From Callorhinchus milii (Eukaryota): a DNA stretch of 64,000 bases. The notes under the pieces were generated by a model, which was given only the letters and a program-made list of their open reading frames with translations, was not told the DNA's origin and searched no databases. Positions within the stretch are counted from its first letter, which is position 1. Each line of letters starts with the position of its first letter. Location: positions 62,001-126,000 of the forward strand of contig NW_024704801.1 in NCBI RefSeq assembly GCF_018977255.1. The letters are read 5' to 3'. Of the stretch, positions 26,876 to 40,900 are shown in pieces. The position numbers and the translations under genes were made by a program.

Positions 26876-29800
26876 GCACCAAGGGGCGGAAATCCAGGAC
26901 TAGTTTTGCTATGAATAAAGGCAAATATTTTACTGAAGAAGAGTCTTTTTTTACCGTAATCACAGCAGGATGTGAAGGTGTGACAGCCCTCTCTTGGCTC
27001 AGTAACTCGCCTCCGAGGAGGAGGTTGTGAGTTCGAGCCCTCTCTCCCCTCACCCCCCCCCCCCCCCCCCCCCAGGTGGGGGAGAGAGAGTTAGAGAGCG
27101 CCATGTTGTCAGAGAAGCAGCCTGAGATGTTAAACCCTCACTCATTCCCTGTCTGTGCCCTGTTCAGGGGGATGTTAAAGAGCTCTCTCTGGCGCTGCTT
27201 CTCTCTCTGCGGCCGATAGATAAAATCACTCACTGGCTTCACGGCTGTTTGTGGGGACGTCGCTGTGTTTGCTCACCAAAAACATACGATCCTGCAAAGC
27301 ATTTTGAGACGTCCTCCTGAAGTGATGACACCTTGTGAAATGCATGGCTTATTATTAGTGCTGCTATAACTGCAGCAAGCCAGCTCGGAAGTTAATACTA
27401 AAAGGAGACAAATTGCAGTCCGGAAATATGAAGAAAATCAGAGTAAATCTCGACCCAGTTAAAATATCTCAACCACGATTCACGGCAAAGCAGGAGTGAC
27501 CGTGTAGATGATCACAAGCGGTGCTGATGATGGTTTATTTGGGGAAAGGGGGCCACCAGGAGGGGTTAGAGCCTCAGGAATGCAAGCGGGAGGGACAAGC
27601 GAGAGGTTAGGAAAAATAGCATCACTCATTCCCACCTGGAATCAGAGGTCTCTGATCAATAGTCGTTCAGACGGGCGTTGGGTAAAGATCCGAGGGGTGA
27701 CACCATCGGGGGACGTGGGGAAAGGAGAATGGAGAAATTAAAATGGTGACTCGGAAACGGAGCACGGACTCGATGAGCTGAATGGCTTCCTTCTGTGGGG
27801 GAGGTGAGTGGGATCTCCTCAGAGCTGAACTGAACTCCAAAGCTGACCAGTCAGCGCTGTCTCTCAATGCCACGTTAGGTGCTTTTAGCTGGTTAGACTC
27901 CAGTAGTTACCCTAACTCTGGGCTTCCCCCCCAGCTTTGGCTTTTGCCAACCTGTGCCTCATACTCTCCGGAATCAGGTAAGCAGGGGGCGTCCCTCCAG
28001 GGAGAGAGAGAGAGAGAGAGAGCGCATTCCATTCCAGCAATCTCTCTGGGGTTTCAAATGTGTAGGTGGGATACATGGTTTGGTTTGGATGCTCCTAAGT
28101 ACGGTGATGGGTTTCCGTGAGTCAGAAACCCGGCTGACCAGCAAAACCCTTGTGCTGACAGGTTGTTACACACAGAATAGAACATGGGTTCCTTGCCCTC
28201 TCCCTCAGCTGCCTCTCCTACCTTTGCCACCTCACCTCGTCACCTCTCATCCCTGGCTCAGCATTCAACCTGTCACTGTCACTCGCTCTGACAGTTTACC
28301 TTAAACAAAAGTTTTTGTTAATTATCTGTACATTTTCCGCGAAGCGACAGCCCCACAAACAGCCATGGATTGTGTGACCCAAATTTTTTTTTTTTTTAGA
28401 TTTTATTTTAATATTTCTTGAGGAGGGATTATATTACCCACAGAAAAGCGATCTGCCTCATTGTTCCTGCTCACTGCTGGTAAACAGAGGCGTCAGTGTG
28501 TGTGCGTGTGTGTGGGGAGTAAGGAAACTTGACCAATGTTTCTCCCTGACTGGCCTGGCAATCAAACCCAGGTCCTCTTGCTTGTGAGGCAAGGGCTCTA
28601 ACCGCTGAGCTACAGGACCCCACTTCATACTGAGCTCACGGCCAATTAGCATTTAATCGTGTAGCCGTGCTGTACGAGCAAGTGCCACCTAAAGCTGGTG
28701 CGAGGTAATCAATCAGCTGCCATTTGCCTTTCACGACTTTGTCATTGTGAATTCAGTCGTCACCCATTTCCCAAAACTCGGACTGGATTTGGAGACGGTT
28801 TCTTCCCTCCCTCCCCCTCCAAATATAATAATCCTTGCATTTGACATGGCCCCTTATCACATCTCAAAGCGCTTCACAGGATTGAGGGCGAAGTAGTAAC
28901 TTTGTGATTTGTGGGCAAAGCACGGCAGCCAGTTTGCGCTCAGAGACATCCCAGCCGTGAAGTGAGTGAGTGATCTTATCTGGGGATTGTTAGCCAGGAC
29001 ACCAGGAGAGAGAGAAACTTTACCTCAGCGACGCCCATGGGAGATCTTTAACGTCTGCCCTGAACAGGGCACAGACAGGGAATGAGGTTTAACGTCTCAT
29101 CTGAAAAGGATGGCATCTCCGACAACACAACTCTCTCTCTCTCTCCACCTCCCACCCTGGGCTGGAGCATCAGCCTGGACTGTGAGCTCAGTGTCCCTGA
29201 CGTGTGTGGGTGCTCAAACCCACAACTTCCTGACTCGGGGGAGCGAGCGACTGAGACAATCTGATGCTTGGTTGCTTAACCCAGAAATGGTAGCTGTGAA
29301 AGAAAGGATTTAAAACAACCGCAATGTTCGAACACCTTGGACTCGCTGTGATGCTGTTTAATAAAGAAAACCCCAATTTTGAGATTGACACGGAGGTGCA
29401 TCTCATTTAACTTCGCAGATAAACAATCCTGGGCCTCGCAGGAGGGGAGAGAGGGGGGGAGAGAGAGTGTGATCTACAGCCGTGTAGCAAACACCCAAGG
29501 TTTGACTGTTGCTTTGGACACTGGTCCTCAGAGAATGTGCTCCCAGACTGTTTGCCATCGCAGCGTAGATTAGAGACAGACCAGTGGTCACCGGGAGCCT
29601 TGTGTGTGCGTTGTGACATGTGTGTGTGCGTTAGTGTGTGTGTTGGGGGGTGGGTGTGTGTTGGGGGGGGGAATGTGTGTGTGTTGGGGGGGGGTGTTAG
29701 GGTGTGTATGTGTGTACTGAAAGGGTGAGATCGGATGTTAACCCCTTGTCATAGCCGAGCTGGGAAGGCAAACAGCACAAGTCCGTCACCTGCCCATGGA

Positions 29801-30089
29801 CTGTCCACAGAGAGACACGTGACAGTAATCGGATCAGCCAGTCCATCTCCCTTCATACACTCACTGTCCACATCCCCACCTGACATTGGGAGCGGAGCTG
29901 GTGTGAAGGACAGAGAGAGACTGGTGAGGACAGTGAGGGTGGAAGTCTGACCCTCTCACAGTCTCCCTGGAGAGGCTGAGGTACAGGTGGGATCAGAACG
30001 GATGTGCATTAGTGTTAATGACTTTATTACATACAGACAGTGACGATCAGAGTAAGCAATCAGACATACAGGGTGGGGTGTCAGCGAGG

Positions 30090-31824
30090 CTAGGCCAATC
30101 CCATCTCTTCCAGGACGCTGCGTGGAGATTCATCATCCTGTGGAGCAAAGACACAGAGTACAGTTACAGTGCAGGATATATACAATAATGTGCATTATAC
30201 TACAGGAAATATAATACCACAACAAAAAATGTGCATCGTTACAAACTGTTGCTGTCTGGAACCCACAGTCTGAAAGGCTGGTGGGAGCAGATTTGATCGT
30301 AGTTTTCAAAAGAGAATAAGATAGATACTTAAAAAGGAACAATGTGCAAGGCTATGGGGTAAGAGCGGGGGAGCAGGGCTAGTTGGGGTAAGAGAGGGGG
30401 AGTGGGACTAGTTGGCAGCTCTTTCAAGGAGATGGCGCAGGCTCAATGGGCAGAATGGCCTCCCTCTGTGCTGTAAAATTCTTTGATTCTATGATTTATA
30501 GCACGTCCTTCAAGCAGGGCAGCGTCTCGGAGCCCTAAATGCACTATATACACACACGCGCGCGCACACATACATACACACACACACACAAGTTCCTATT
30601 TTATGTATTAGCATTTAAACTACATCAATTGCGAGGACTGTAATAATAAAGATCCCCTTCAATCCAGAGAGATGCAGACCCAGTACGAGGTCAGGTTACC
30701 CCCCCACCCCCCCAGCCAATCGCCCCCCCAATAGTCAGTGGCCAATATTGCCCTCAGTGTTATAGGTGGAACCATAGACAAGGTGAGAGGAGACTGGCAA
30801 GTCATGTTCTCCCCCTAGTGGACAATCACGGAAAGCACAATCAGTCATAAATAATAATAATAATCCTTGTATCTGACCCAGCGCCTTATCACGTGACGTC
30901 TCAAAGCGCTTCACAGGGTCCACTGTTAAGTGTAGTGACTGTATATTTTGTTGGTTAAACAAGGCAGCCAACCATAATCTTTGTACCCTATCACGTCGCT
31001 CAGAAAGTGCTTCATCGAATTTACTGTAAGGTGTGACGACTGAATAATTTAGTCTGGGGGAGACTGTCGGCCAGGATACTGGGAGAGACAGAGAGAGAGA
31101 CACGACATTCCCTTCTCGCCGCGGGAGATCTTTAACGTCCGCCTTGAACAGAGCACAGACGGGGAGTGAGTGAGGTTTAACAAGAGAGGGAGTGCCTGCA
31201 GAGTGGAGGGAGAGAGGGAGGGGAGAGGGGGGTTGGAGTGAGAACTGGGGGAGAGTGGGGGAGGGGTTGCTGAGGGAGGGGGGCGAGTGGGCGGGGGGGG
31301 GGGGGCAAGGGAAAACCTACCTCCTGTAGGAGGTCCGACTGCTCAATGGCTTTCAGCACATTTTTTTTGGAGGTGTCCTGTATTTCTCCGCCCATGATAA
31401 ACTCGTCCAGGATGAAGTAGGCCTTCTCAAAGTTGAAGATGATGTCCAGTTCGCACACCTGCAAACAGAGCACAGGCAGAACCTGACGCCAAACCAGGAA
31501 AAGGCTGGGTGGCTGAATGGCCCTGTTCCTGTTTCCCGGAATCACAGCAACGCTGAACCAGGCAACAGGAACAGTGGGCCATTCGGCTCATCACATTCAT
31601 TATAATAATAATAATAATCCTGGCCTTCGGTACAACACAACACCTCATCACATCATCGAGACATCTCAAAGCCCTTCACTGGATACACTGCCAAGTGCAG
31701 TGACTGTTTTGTGGGCGAAGCGTGGTAGCCAATTGTGCACAACGACGTCTCACAAACAGTCCCAGAAAAGAGCTCCGCCAGTCTGCTAACAAGCGGGTTC
31801 TTCCTTACTGCTGGTAAACAGAGG

Positions 31825-31859
<35 letters not shown>

Positions 31860-34800
31860 AGTAAGAAAACTTGCCTTAGGTTTTTCCCTGACCTGTCCCG
31901 CCTGGGAATCAAACCTGGGTCCTCTCGAGGCAAGGGATCTAATCCCTGAGCTGCAGGATGATGATGACCCCAACCCCCCCCCACCCCCCGCCCTGTGAGG
32001 TGACAGAGTCCAGACACTTGTGAGCAGCAAAGGCTGGAGTTTATCCTATCCCGATGACCGTTACCCGTGGTGAAGCTGAGCAAAGTTACTTACGCTTCCA
32101 AAGTACTTGTCCAGAAGCTCCACGTAGCGATGGATCAGCTCCAGCGTCAGAAGCTCGTTGTCCTGATCCTCAATCGCACAACAGAAATACAGACTGGCGT
32201 ACCTGCGGAGAGGGGCAGGGTCAGGGTCAGCCAGGGCCCTCACAGGGCTCAGACACACTGTTACCCCTCCCCCCCCATTCTTCTCCCCTTTCCTCCCCCC
32301 TCCTCTCCTCTCCACCCTCACAGAGATTCACAGCGCAGAAGGTGGCCATTCGGCCCCATCGTATCTGTGCCTGCTCCTTTAAGAGCATTGCTTTCAGTAC
32401 ATTTACAGTGCGTTCACTGGGGGGAGTGAGGACACAAGGCAGCCATTGCTGTGAACACCGGGAGGAGGGAACGGGTGGGTGGGGGGGGGGGGGGGGCAGG
32501 ATCTGAACCTCTTGTAGACGATCTTCAGGTCCTTCCACTCCAGGAAGCTGCACATCTTGGGTTTGCGGCTGAGCACAATCTGCATCAGCTCCCGGCCGAC
32601 TTTCTTCTTCTCCTTCTCGGATGTGGCCACGTACCATTTCTGTAACCTCAGCTTCCCCTGGCGGCTAAACAGCAGCATGNNNNNNNNNNNNNNNNNNNNN
32701 NNNNNNNNNNNNNNNNNNNNNNNNNNNNNNNNNNNNNNNNNNNNNNNNNNNNNNNNNNNNNNNNNNNNNNNNNNNNNNNNNNNNNNNNNNNNNNNNNNNN
32801 NNNNNNNNNNNNNNNNNNNNNNNNNNNNNNNNNNNNNNNNNNNNNNNNNNNNNNNNNNNNNNNNNNNNNNNNNNNNNNNNNNNNNNNNNNNNNNNNNNNN
32901 AGGTGGGAGGGAGGAAGGGAGAGAGAAGGAGAGTGAGGGAGGAAGAGAGAGAATGAGTGAGTACATGAGTGTGTGAATGTGTGAGCGAGTGTGTTAGTGA
33001 GTGTGTGAGTGAGCGAGTGTGAGTGTCGGAGTGATAGGCAGAGAGAGAGAGAGAAAACATTTTGACATTTACACCTTTTCACATTGGGAGGACGTCCCAA
33101 AGAGTTTAACAGTACTCGCTTGATAAATATTGTGAAGATGGGGTGAGGTGGGGGGGTGGGGGTGGGGGGGGGGGGGCAGCCGAGGGGGAGTGGGGGAACC
33201 GAGGGGAAGGCGACCAAAACGCGGTCAAAGAAGTAGGTCTTGAGATGTGTGGGACAGACGTCAGGTGAAAGTCACTGCTTAAACTGAGAGAAGCGCAGCA
33301 CAGCAAACAAGCGAAGCATTAAACCCTGGAACATTACATTTTACTGCGTGTAAATCACGGGACAGAGTTTTATCTCATTGCTGCTCAGCTGTTTAAACTG
33401 TTCTATTATATTAAACTAATATAGATAAAGGGTCAGCTCAGGAAGCCAAACCACAAGATACAGTTTACTTCTATATTAACATCTCAGAACTGTTTACATA
33501 GCGGTTGGGTAGTGAGCTGTAGAGAAGAGTTTCTCTCTCCAGGTTTCCTGACCAACAATTCCCTCCAGATAAAATCAGCCATTCACTGTCGGCAGTTTTT
33601 GACAAATAATAATAATCCCAGCACCTTATCACATCTTCGAGACGTCTCAAAGCGCTTCACGGCATAGAGTAAAGTGTAGTGACTGTATGTTTTGTGGGCG
33701 AAACGCAGCAGCCAATTGCGCACAGCAGTGTCCCACAAACAGTCGTGGATCAAGGGGCCAAATTATTATTTTTTTAAAGGGATTATTACCCCCGGGAAAA
33801 CGAAATTGACTAACGAGAGGGTTCCTACTTCCTGCTGGTAAACAGAGGAGTGTGTGTGTGGGCGGGGGGGGGAGGAGTAAGTAAATTTGCCTAAGGTTTC
33901 GCCATGACCTGACCCGCCCGGGAATCAAACCCAGGTCCTCTCGCTTTCGAGGCGAATGCTCTAACCACTAATACACAATTGGTAAATATTTCGGTGAACC
34001 TTGTGGGGCGGTTTGAGACGTCTTGGTGGTGTGATACAGCGAGATATCAAACACGAGGATCCTATTATCATAATCCTCACAGTATTAATTTGTGTGAAGA
34101 GTAGCGTTGCAATCATCCCCTTCAATTCAGCACAAGTGTGTCAGTCAGGGTGAGGCACTAAATTATGAATCTAGGTCAGTCTGACACCGTGGCTGTATAT
34201 TCAGGCACAAACACATACACTGCAGGTACAGCTGGGGAAACTAATCTAAAACGCGGTCAAAGAGGAAGGACTTGAGGAGGACTTTGAAGGACTCTGCCTC
34301 GAACACACCCCACCAGTTTCCTTGCTCAGGGTCAAGTCCCAACCATGTCACGAACCGGGGTGTGAAGGACGCTGTGTAAATGCAAATTCTTCACTTTAAA
34401 TACATTGCCCCTACGCCCAGACACTCTGGAACGCTCTTCCTCTATCCCTTCGCCTCGCCCCCTTCTTCCTTCCCTATCCTGAAGACGTCCTCTTCGACCG
34501 TACCTAAGGTCACCTTCCCCCCCCCTCCCCGGGCCCGATGTCGTGCTCAGCCACTGTCAGGCGCTCTGGGGCGCTAACCTGGCGTGAGGAGTGCTGCTGT
34601 GTAAATGCAAGTTGTTTTTTCGCAGCTGCCTGGCTCCAACGCAGTCTGTATAATCCCCACCCCCACAGCCGCCCTCGGGCCAGATTGATGGCATTTTCAA
34701 GAAAAACACAACCCAATTAACGCTAGGAAAGAATTCTGCCAGAAACTTTGAAAAGAATTGATCGCTATGTGTGAGTTTTACGTCTCCTCGTTATACGATC

Positions 34801-37267
34801 AAGAGACATTTACAGCTCAGGAGGCCATTCAGCCCCGAGCCTCTCCCCATCTCCCAGAGTGCCAGCCCACTGCCCGAAAAATAATAACAATACTCGCATT
34901 TGGTTCAGCATTTTCTGGAGGAAAGATACTTAATCCTCTTTAGGTGCACATTAAATGTGGAAAAGCGAAGGGAGTTCCTCTCTCCTGACCAACAATAACC
35001 CCAAATAAAATCCAGAGAACAGAATTCAAAATCTTTGCCCTCACCTTCAAAGCCCTCCACAGCCTTGCTCCTTCCTACCTCGGCTAACCCCATATTAACC
35101 TGTCCGTTCCCTCCACTCAGTGGGCTCCGGCCCACCCCACCATCAGCAGTCAGGCCTTCAGCATCTCTGCCCCACTCTCTGGACCTCCATCCCACAGTTC
35201 TTTTGCCTCACTCCCTCCCTCCCTCGCCTCCTTCAAGGCCCATCTCAAGACCATCCTCTTTGAACAACCGTGCTTTCGGTCACCCTCCTACCCTCCCTGC
35301 CCAACCCCCGATCCCAAACCCCAGCTCGGGTCCGAATCCCTGACTGTCCACTCACTGGGGACGTCCTCCTGACATGAAAGGCTCCGTTTAATGTTATTTG
35401 ATGTTGCTGCTGTGCATAATTGGCTGCCGCGATCGTTTACAAAATACAGTCACTGCGCTCTCAATTGTGAAGCGCTTTGAGACGTCTCCGTGGTGTGAAA
35501 GGCGCTTTACGACGCAATTTGCTGTTGTCTTCCTGGCGCTGCATCAAACGCAAGCATTATTATGTGATATTATTATTAGAAACTTTCCAACAAGCTCTCA
35601 ATAAATTGGTCTCTCTCCCTTAAACCAATTTGTTGAATACATTACAAATAAATTGGCATTAGATTAAGGCAGTAATTGAATCTCTCGGCCGCATTCATGA
35701 AGTATTTAAAGGCGCGTGGGCTTAGAGCAATTCCAGCTGCTTGACTGAGTTGGTGCCTTTCATCTCCCTGCCAGACACCTAGTGTTCCTAGCGAAGGCAA
35801 CTGCCATAAGATTGTAACAGATCACAGCCCACGATAGAAACCGACGAGAGCAGAGACCTGCACCTGGACAATTCAAATCCAAAAACACTGACCCGTCCAC
35901 TTCCTCCAGCCGGTCAGACCCCACGTGGAGAATTGTGTCCGGTTTTGGGGCAGCAATCAAAGGAAGGTTACACCAGCCTTGGACACCCGTCCAGCAAAGG
36001 TTCCCGAGATTAATACTAGGGTTTAACGAGCTTAGCTGTAATAAGAGGCTGAGTAGACTGGGGTTATATTGCTTACAGCAAAGAAGGTTAAGGCGTGATT
36101 GAGGTGCGTAAAATAATGAGAGGAATTGGCAGGTTAGACAGTGGAAGGACTTCCTTTGATAGCGGGATCTGTTATGAGGGAACAGAGCCTCAAATACGGA
36201 TTTAGGACAATTAAAAACAAGGTCAGGGAGCCTTTCCTCACGGAGGCTGGTGAGGATGTGGAACCAATCCTCACCAGAAAGCTTTCGAGGCAGAATCGAT
36301 CAGGAGGTTTAACGGAGAGGGGGGGGGGGGGGTGCAGAGAGTCAGGAGCAAAGGGGTGAAAGGATGTGGTAAAAAGGGCAAGTGTCGGCATTAAAAGATC
36401 TGACAAGATCTAAAACTGGTCAATGCCAGGTTTAACAATATCCCAAACAGACCTCCCCTCCCACACACCTTTCCAGCTGCCCCCCCACCCCCAACGCCAC
36501 TCTCTTCCTCCTCTTCAACCCCTCGTTTGTTAGCAGTTGGATGACTGTTTTCCAAGGCTAACAATCCCTCCACTGGTCACTCAATCCACGACTGTTTGTG
36601 CATCACTGCTGTGCGCAACTGGCTGACGCGTTTCGCCCACAAAAATACACAGTCACTACACTTTACAGTATATTCTGTGAAGCGCTTTGAGACGTCTCAA
36701 CGCCGTGATAAGGCGCTGTTTCAAATTAGTATTATGACATTATGATTAAATAGAGAGTGAGAAAAAGAGAGACAGAGTCAGACACACAGACACACACAGC
36801 GTGAGACACACACAGACACAGTGTGAGACACATACACACACACACACACAGTGTGAGACACACACAGACACAGTGTGAGACACATACACACACACACAGT
36901 GTGAGACACATACACACACACAGTGTGAGACAGACACAGACACAGTGTGAGACACATACACACACACAGACAGTGTGAGACACACACAGACACAGTGTGA
37001 GACACATACACACACACACAGTGTGAGACACATACACACACACACAGTGTGAGACACACACAGACACAGTGCGAGACACACACAGTGACAGAGAGACACA
37101 GACAGGTGGACAGTGTGAGACACAGTGACACACAGTGAGACAGATTCTGCAGGTGAGGTGAGCCATGTCACCTGCTGACGTCAGCGCCACACCTGGCGCA
37201 GGTGAGTGAGTGAGTGAGTGAGTGAGTGAGGCTTCCTGTCCCCCTCCCCCTCCCCCCCACTCACCAT
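30090..37267 (-). CDS. AP1S1: AP-1 complex subunit sigma-1A, 158 aa expected
   Basis: Exons 37267-37265 (ATG|GTGAGT), ~32687-32509 (start hidden in gap; [22 protein letters not shown]), 32202-32094 ([21 protein letters not shown]..), 31458-31321 ([15 protein letters not shown]..) and 30137-30090 ([15 protein letters not shown]). Minus-strand AATAAA at 30023-30028. Confidence 0.95.
36775..37140. repeat. (CA)-rich minisatellite cacagtgtgagacaca.. in AP1S1 intron 1
   Basis: Tandem units directly visible. Similar low-complexity tracts at 3822-3990, 5230-5540, 12230-12429, 22700-23075, 44080-44290 and 45505-45588. Confidence 0.85.
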
Positions 37268-37269
37268 GT

Positions 37270-37910
37270 TCCGCCGCTGACCTTCGCCGCCGCCGCCGCT
37301 TTGCTCTGTATTTTGCTCCCGAGAACTTCCCCTCCTCCGGGGCCGCCCTCCCTCCCTCCCTCCCTCACTCCTTCCCTCACTCCCTCCCTCACTCAGCCAT
37401 CAGCGCTGAGCTGCTCCCCACCCGCCGCCTCCTCCCTCCCTCCTTCCTCTCGGGTGCCCTCTGCGCAGGCGCCGTACGCCCCCGGGCCGGCGCTCGGGTG
37501 TCCGTCAGGTGGCTCTTCGCCCCCCCCCCCCCACCAACCCGGGTTCGGGTATTTCCGTCACCCCTCGGGTGTTTCCGGCAAGTGGCTCCTGGCTTCGACC
37601 AGCCATCGGCTGTTTTCGGGCCCTGGCTCCCTCCAGCCACTCGCTCCTGTCTCTTTCCCGCCCTTCTTTGCTTCAGTGTCCCTCCCAATCCAACGCCACC
37701 GCCGCCCTGGGCCAGCCGCACCACTTGACATTTGACACCACCCCTCCTCTTCCTTCTCCATCTTCCCTGGGCACTGCACTGCGCAGGCGCTCGGGTATTT
37801 CCGGCCGCGCTCGGGTATTTCCGGCCGCGCTCGGGTATTTCCGGCCGCGCTCGGGTATTTCCGTCTCCAGAGGCGCCAAACCCGAGAAAGGCGTTGCCAT
37901 GGAAACCGGG
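37270..37910 (-). promoter_or_regulatory. AP1S1: AP1S1 CpG-island promoter / 5' UTR
   Basis: CpG-rich; GCGCAGGCGC (NRF1-like) at ~37463 and 37781; 20-bp tandem repeat carrying CCGGAAAT at 37787-37863; X-box GTTGCCATGGAAAC at 37893-37906. Confidence 0.7.
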
Positions 37911-40900
37911 GCGACGTTTATTTATTATTATTATTAAAACTCCAACTCTGTGGGAAACCATCGAATGATATAATATCATATATCCTCGTCAATAATCCCG
38001 GGGTCTGGGGCATGTTCCTGACTGTGCGCTGAGGGGTGGGGGGCTCCTGAGCCGGGGTGGGGTGCGGGGGGTTCCACATATTCCAGGCGACCGGCTCGTG
38101 GGAGCAGATACAAGGACGTCGGCCGTGCGTTCGCGGTGACATTATTCCTGGGTCCTGTGTTGACTTGGGGGACGGTGAAAGTTGAGGGGAAACCTGACCA
38201 AACCCTTTGGACCGGCCGAAATCCCGGCTCCACCACCGCCAGGCGCTTCGCAAGGTTTTGCTGTGAAGTGTCGCAGTTGGGTATACTATCGGCCAAACCT
38301 GGCAGATAAGTTGTGGGCAGCCACATCCCACAAGCAGCCGGGAAGCAAACAACCAATTTTATTTGGGGGGTTGTTGGCCAGGACACTGGGGGAGAGAGAG
38401 GAAACTCCCTTCTCTTTTCCAATCGCGTTGCAGGATCTTCAACGTCCACCGGAACAGGCACAGACGGGACCTCGACTTGACGTCTCATCCGAAGCATGTC
38501 ATCTCCGACAATACAGTTTCCCCGAGCACCGCATTGGAGCGCCAGCTTAGACTCTGATTCCGAGCCCTAGCGTGGGGGGGGGCTTGAACCCACAACCTTC
38601 TGACGCAGAGGCGGTGAGAGCCAGGCTGACACTCCACATAAATGCAAGTCATTGATGTTAACGTCTTTCCTGAAGTGAGGTTCCCCAAAATGGTCTCTCT
38701 GTGACCCACAGGGTAGTTATTACTGCAGTTGACTGATTGCTCACTGAAGCTTGACGGACCATCGCTGTGTGTCTGTCACGGTATGTGATTGCGCTATTAA
38801 TACCTCCTGCCTGAGGTCTCTCCCTGCTTTGACCGAGGCTGTGTTTAGTACACATGTGAGCGAGTGGCTGCTGTGCTTTGGACAAACCTTACATCGCAAA
38901 CTGTTGTGAGCAGTCTGATCTTCTGGCTCCACATCACGGGTGCTCTTTGATCTCAGCGCACAGTCAGGAACATGCAACATGGAAACTAATTGACTTACGT
39001 CTCGTCTGTGTCCGTTCTCTCCAACACTCCCTGTTTTATCCGGTCACTGCCTTTTTTTTATTATAATAATCAGTGGAATTTGATAATAATTAATAATAAT
39101 CCTTGCATTTGGTGCAGCGCCTTATCATGCTGTTCAGACGTTTCAAATAGCTTCACGGGATTTTGCTATGAAGTGTAGTGACTGTGCATCTTGTAGGCAG
39201 CTAATTTTGCACAAGGCAATGAAGCGAATGAGTGATTTTATTTGGCCCTTTTGGGGTTGTGATCTTTCCACCACTGCTCTATCTCTGTCTTTCCTGCAGT
39301 GTGGAGAGCAGATGATCTCTGTGGCCTCTGGAAACTAATTCCCTGACCAGTGAAATAGCTTCTCCCCATTTGCCCTAAACGCTCCTAGTTTTGCTTCCAT
39401 TACCATTGTTTTGGAACATGAAGGTTATTGAGTTCAAAGTTCTGACGTGTGGGCTTGAAGCCACAGCTTTCTGACTCACAGGTGAGCGTGCCTACCTACC
39501 GAGGGAAACCAGGCTGACATATTGGCCATTGCCTCACTTACCAGCCCTGAGCAGTCAAACTCATTCATCCCAAGGCATAAAACCTCCTGTCACACCAGAT
39601 GCTGCTCACACCTGCAGGAAGTGGTTAGTTGGAAACCAGCCGAGACGCTGGGTGGGAGGGAGGGGTTTGTACCCAGAGGCAAAGGTTTGGAGTTTTCAGT
39701 AACTACAACAGGACGGCACCTGGCTCCACTCCATGAAGGAGCTTGTATTTTCATAGCCGATTCTTAACGTCTCAAAGGAGTTGAGCAACTTGTTAAATTG
39801 AGGACTTTTCGTTGGCAACTTAACTGCAAATCCCGACAACTTCGCGATTTATAGTCTTGTGTTTGACACGGCCCCTTATCACGTCGTCAAGACATCTCAA
39901 AACGCTTCACGGGTTTTTTATTGTAAAGTGTGGTGATGATGTGTTTTGTGGCGAACGAGGCAACCAATTTGCACACAGAGAAGTCCCCGCAAACAGCCAT
40001 GAAGTGAGTGTATGAATTTATCTGGGGCATTTTCGGCCAGGACACCGAGAGAGAAACTCCCTTCTCTTTTCCCCAACAGTACCACGGGAGATCTTTAACA
40101 TTCGCCTAAATGAAGCACAGTCTTTAAGGTTTAACGTCTCATCCGAAAGATGGCATCTCTGCCAATGCGGCACTCTCTCTTGCTCTTTATCTCTTTACCC
40201 CCAGCGCTGTGCTGGAGTGTCAGCCTGGACTGTGAGCTCAGAGTTGTTGACTTGGGGGCTCGAGCCCACAACCTCCTGAACCCAATGGCCAGAGCAGGAA
40301 CCAAACAGCAGAAATAGATCAACGAGACAGATGACAGGCGGGGAAGATTCCTGGGACCGTTTATTATCACCAATGTTACACACCCATTTGGAATTTCATT
40401 GCATTTTCAGTCATTCAGTCACACATCGATATAGCTTTCTAAAAATAAATTAAATGCATTCAAAAATATATTAACCGCAACGTTTTGTAAGAGAGAAGCT
40501 TTCTTAGGCTATATCAGTGCACGACCAAGGTAGAAATGTAAGTTAAGAGACAGTTCAGCCCACAATATAGATGGAGGAAGGACGGATTGGCTAGTAATAA
40601 TAATCCTGGCATTTTACACAGCACCTTTCGCATCAGGAAGATGTCTCTAAGCCTTTCACAGGATTCACAGCGACGTCCCACCACCAGCTGTGAAGTGAGC
40701 GAGTGATTTTATCTGGGAGATTGTCAGCCGGGAGAGAGCGAGAGAGAAACTCCCGTTTTTCCCCAACCACCACAGGAGATCTTTAACATCCTCCCAAACA
40801 AGGCGCAGAGGGAGAGGGTGAGGTATAACATCTCTGACAATGTCCCGCTCTCTCTCTTTCTCCCCAGCCCTGCGCTCAGACCTCAGCCTAGACTGACTCG

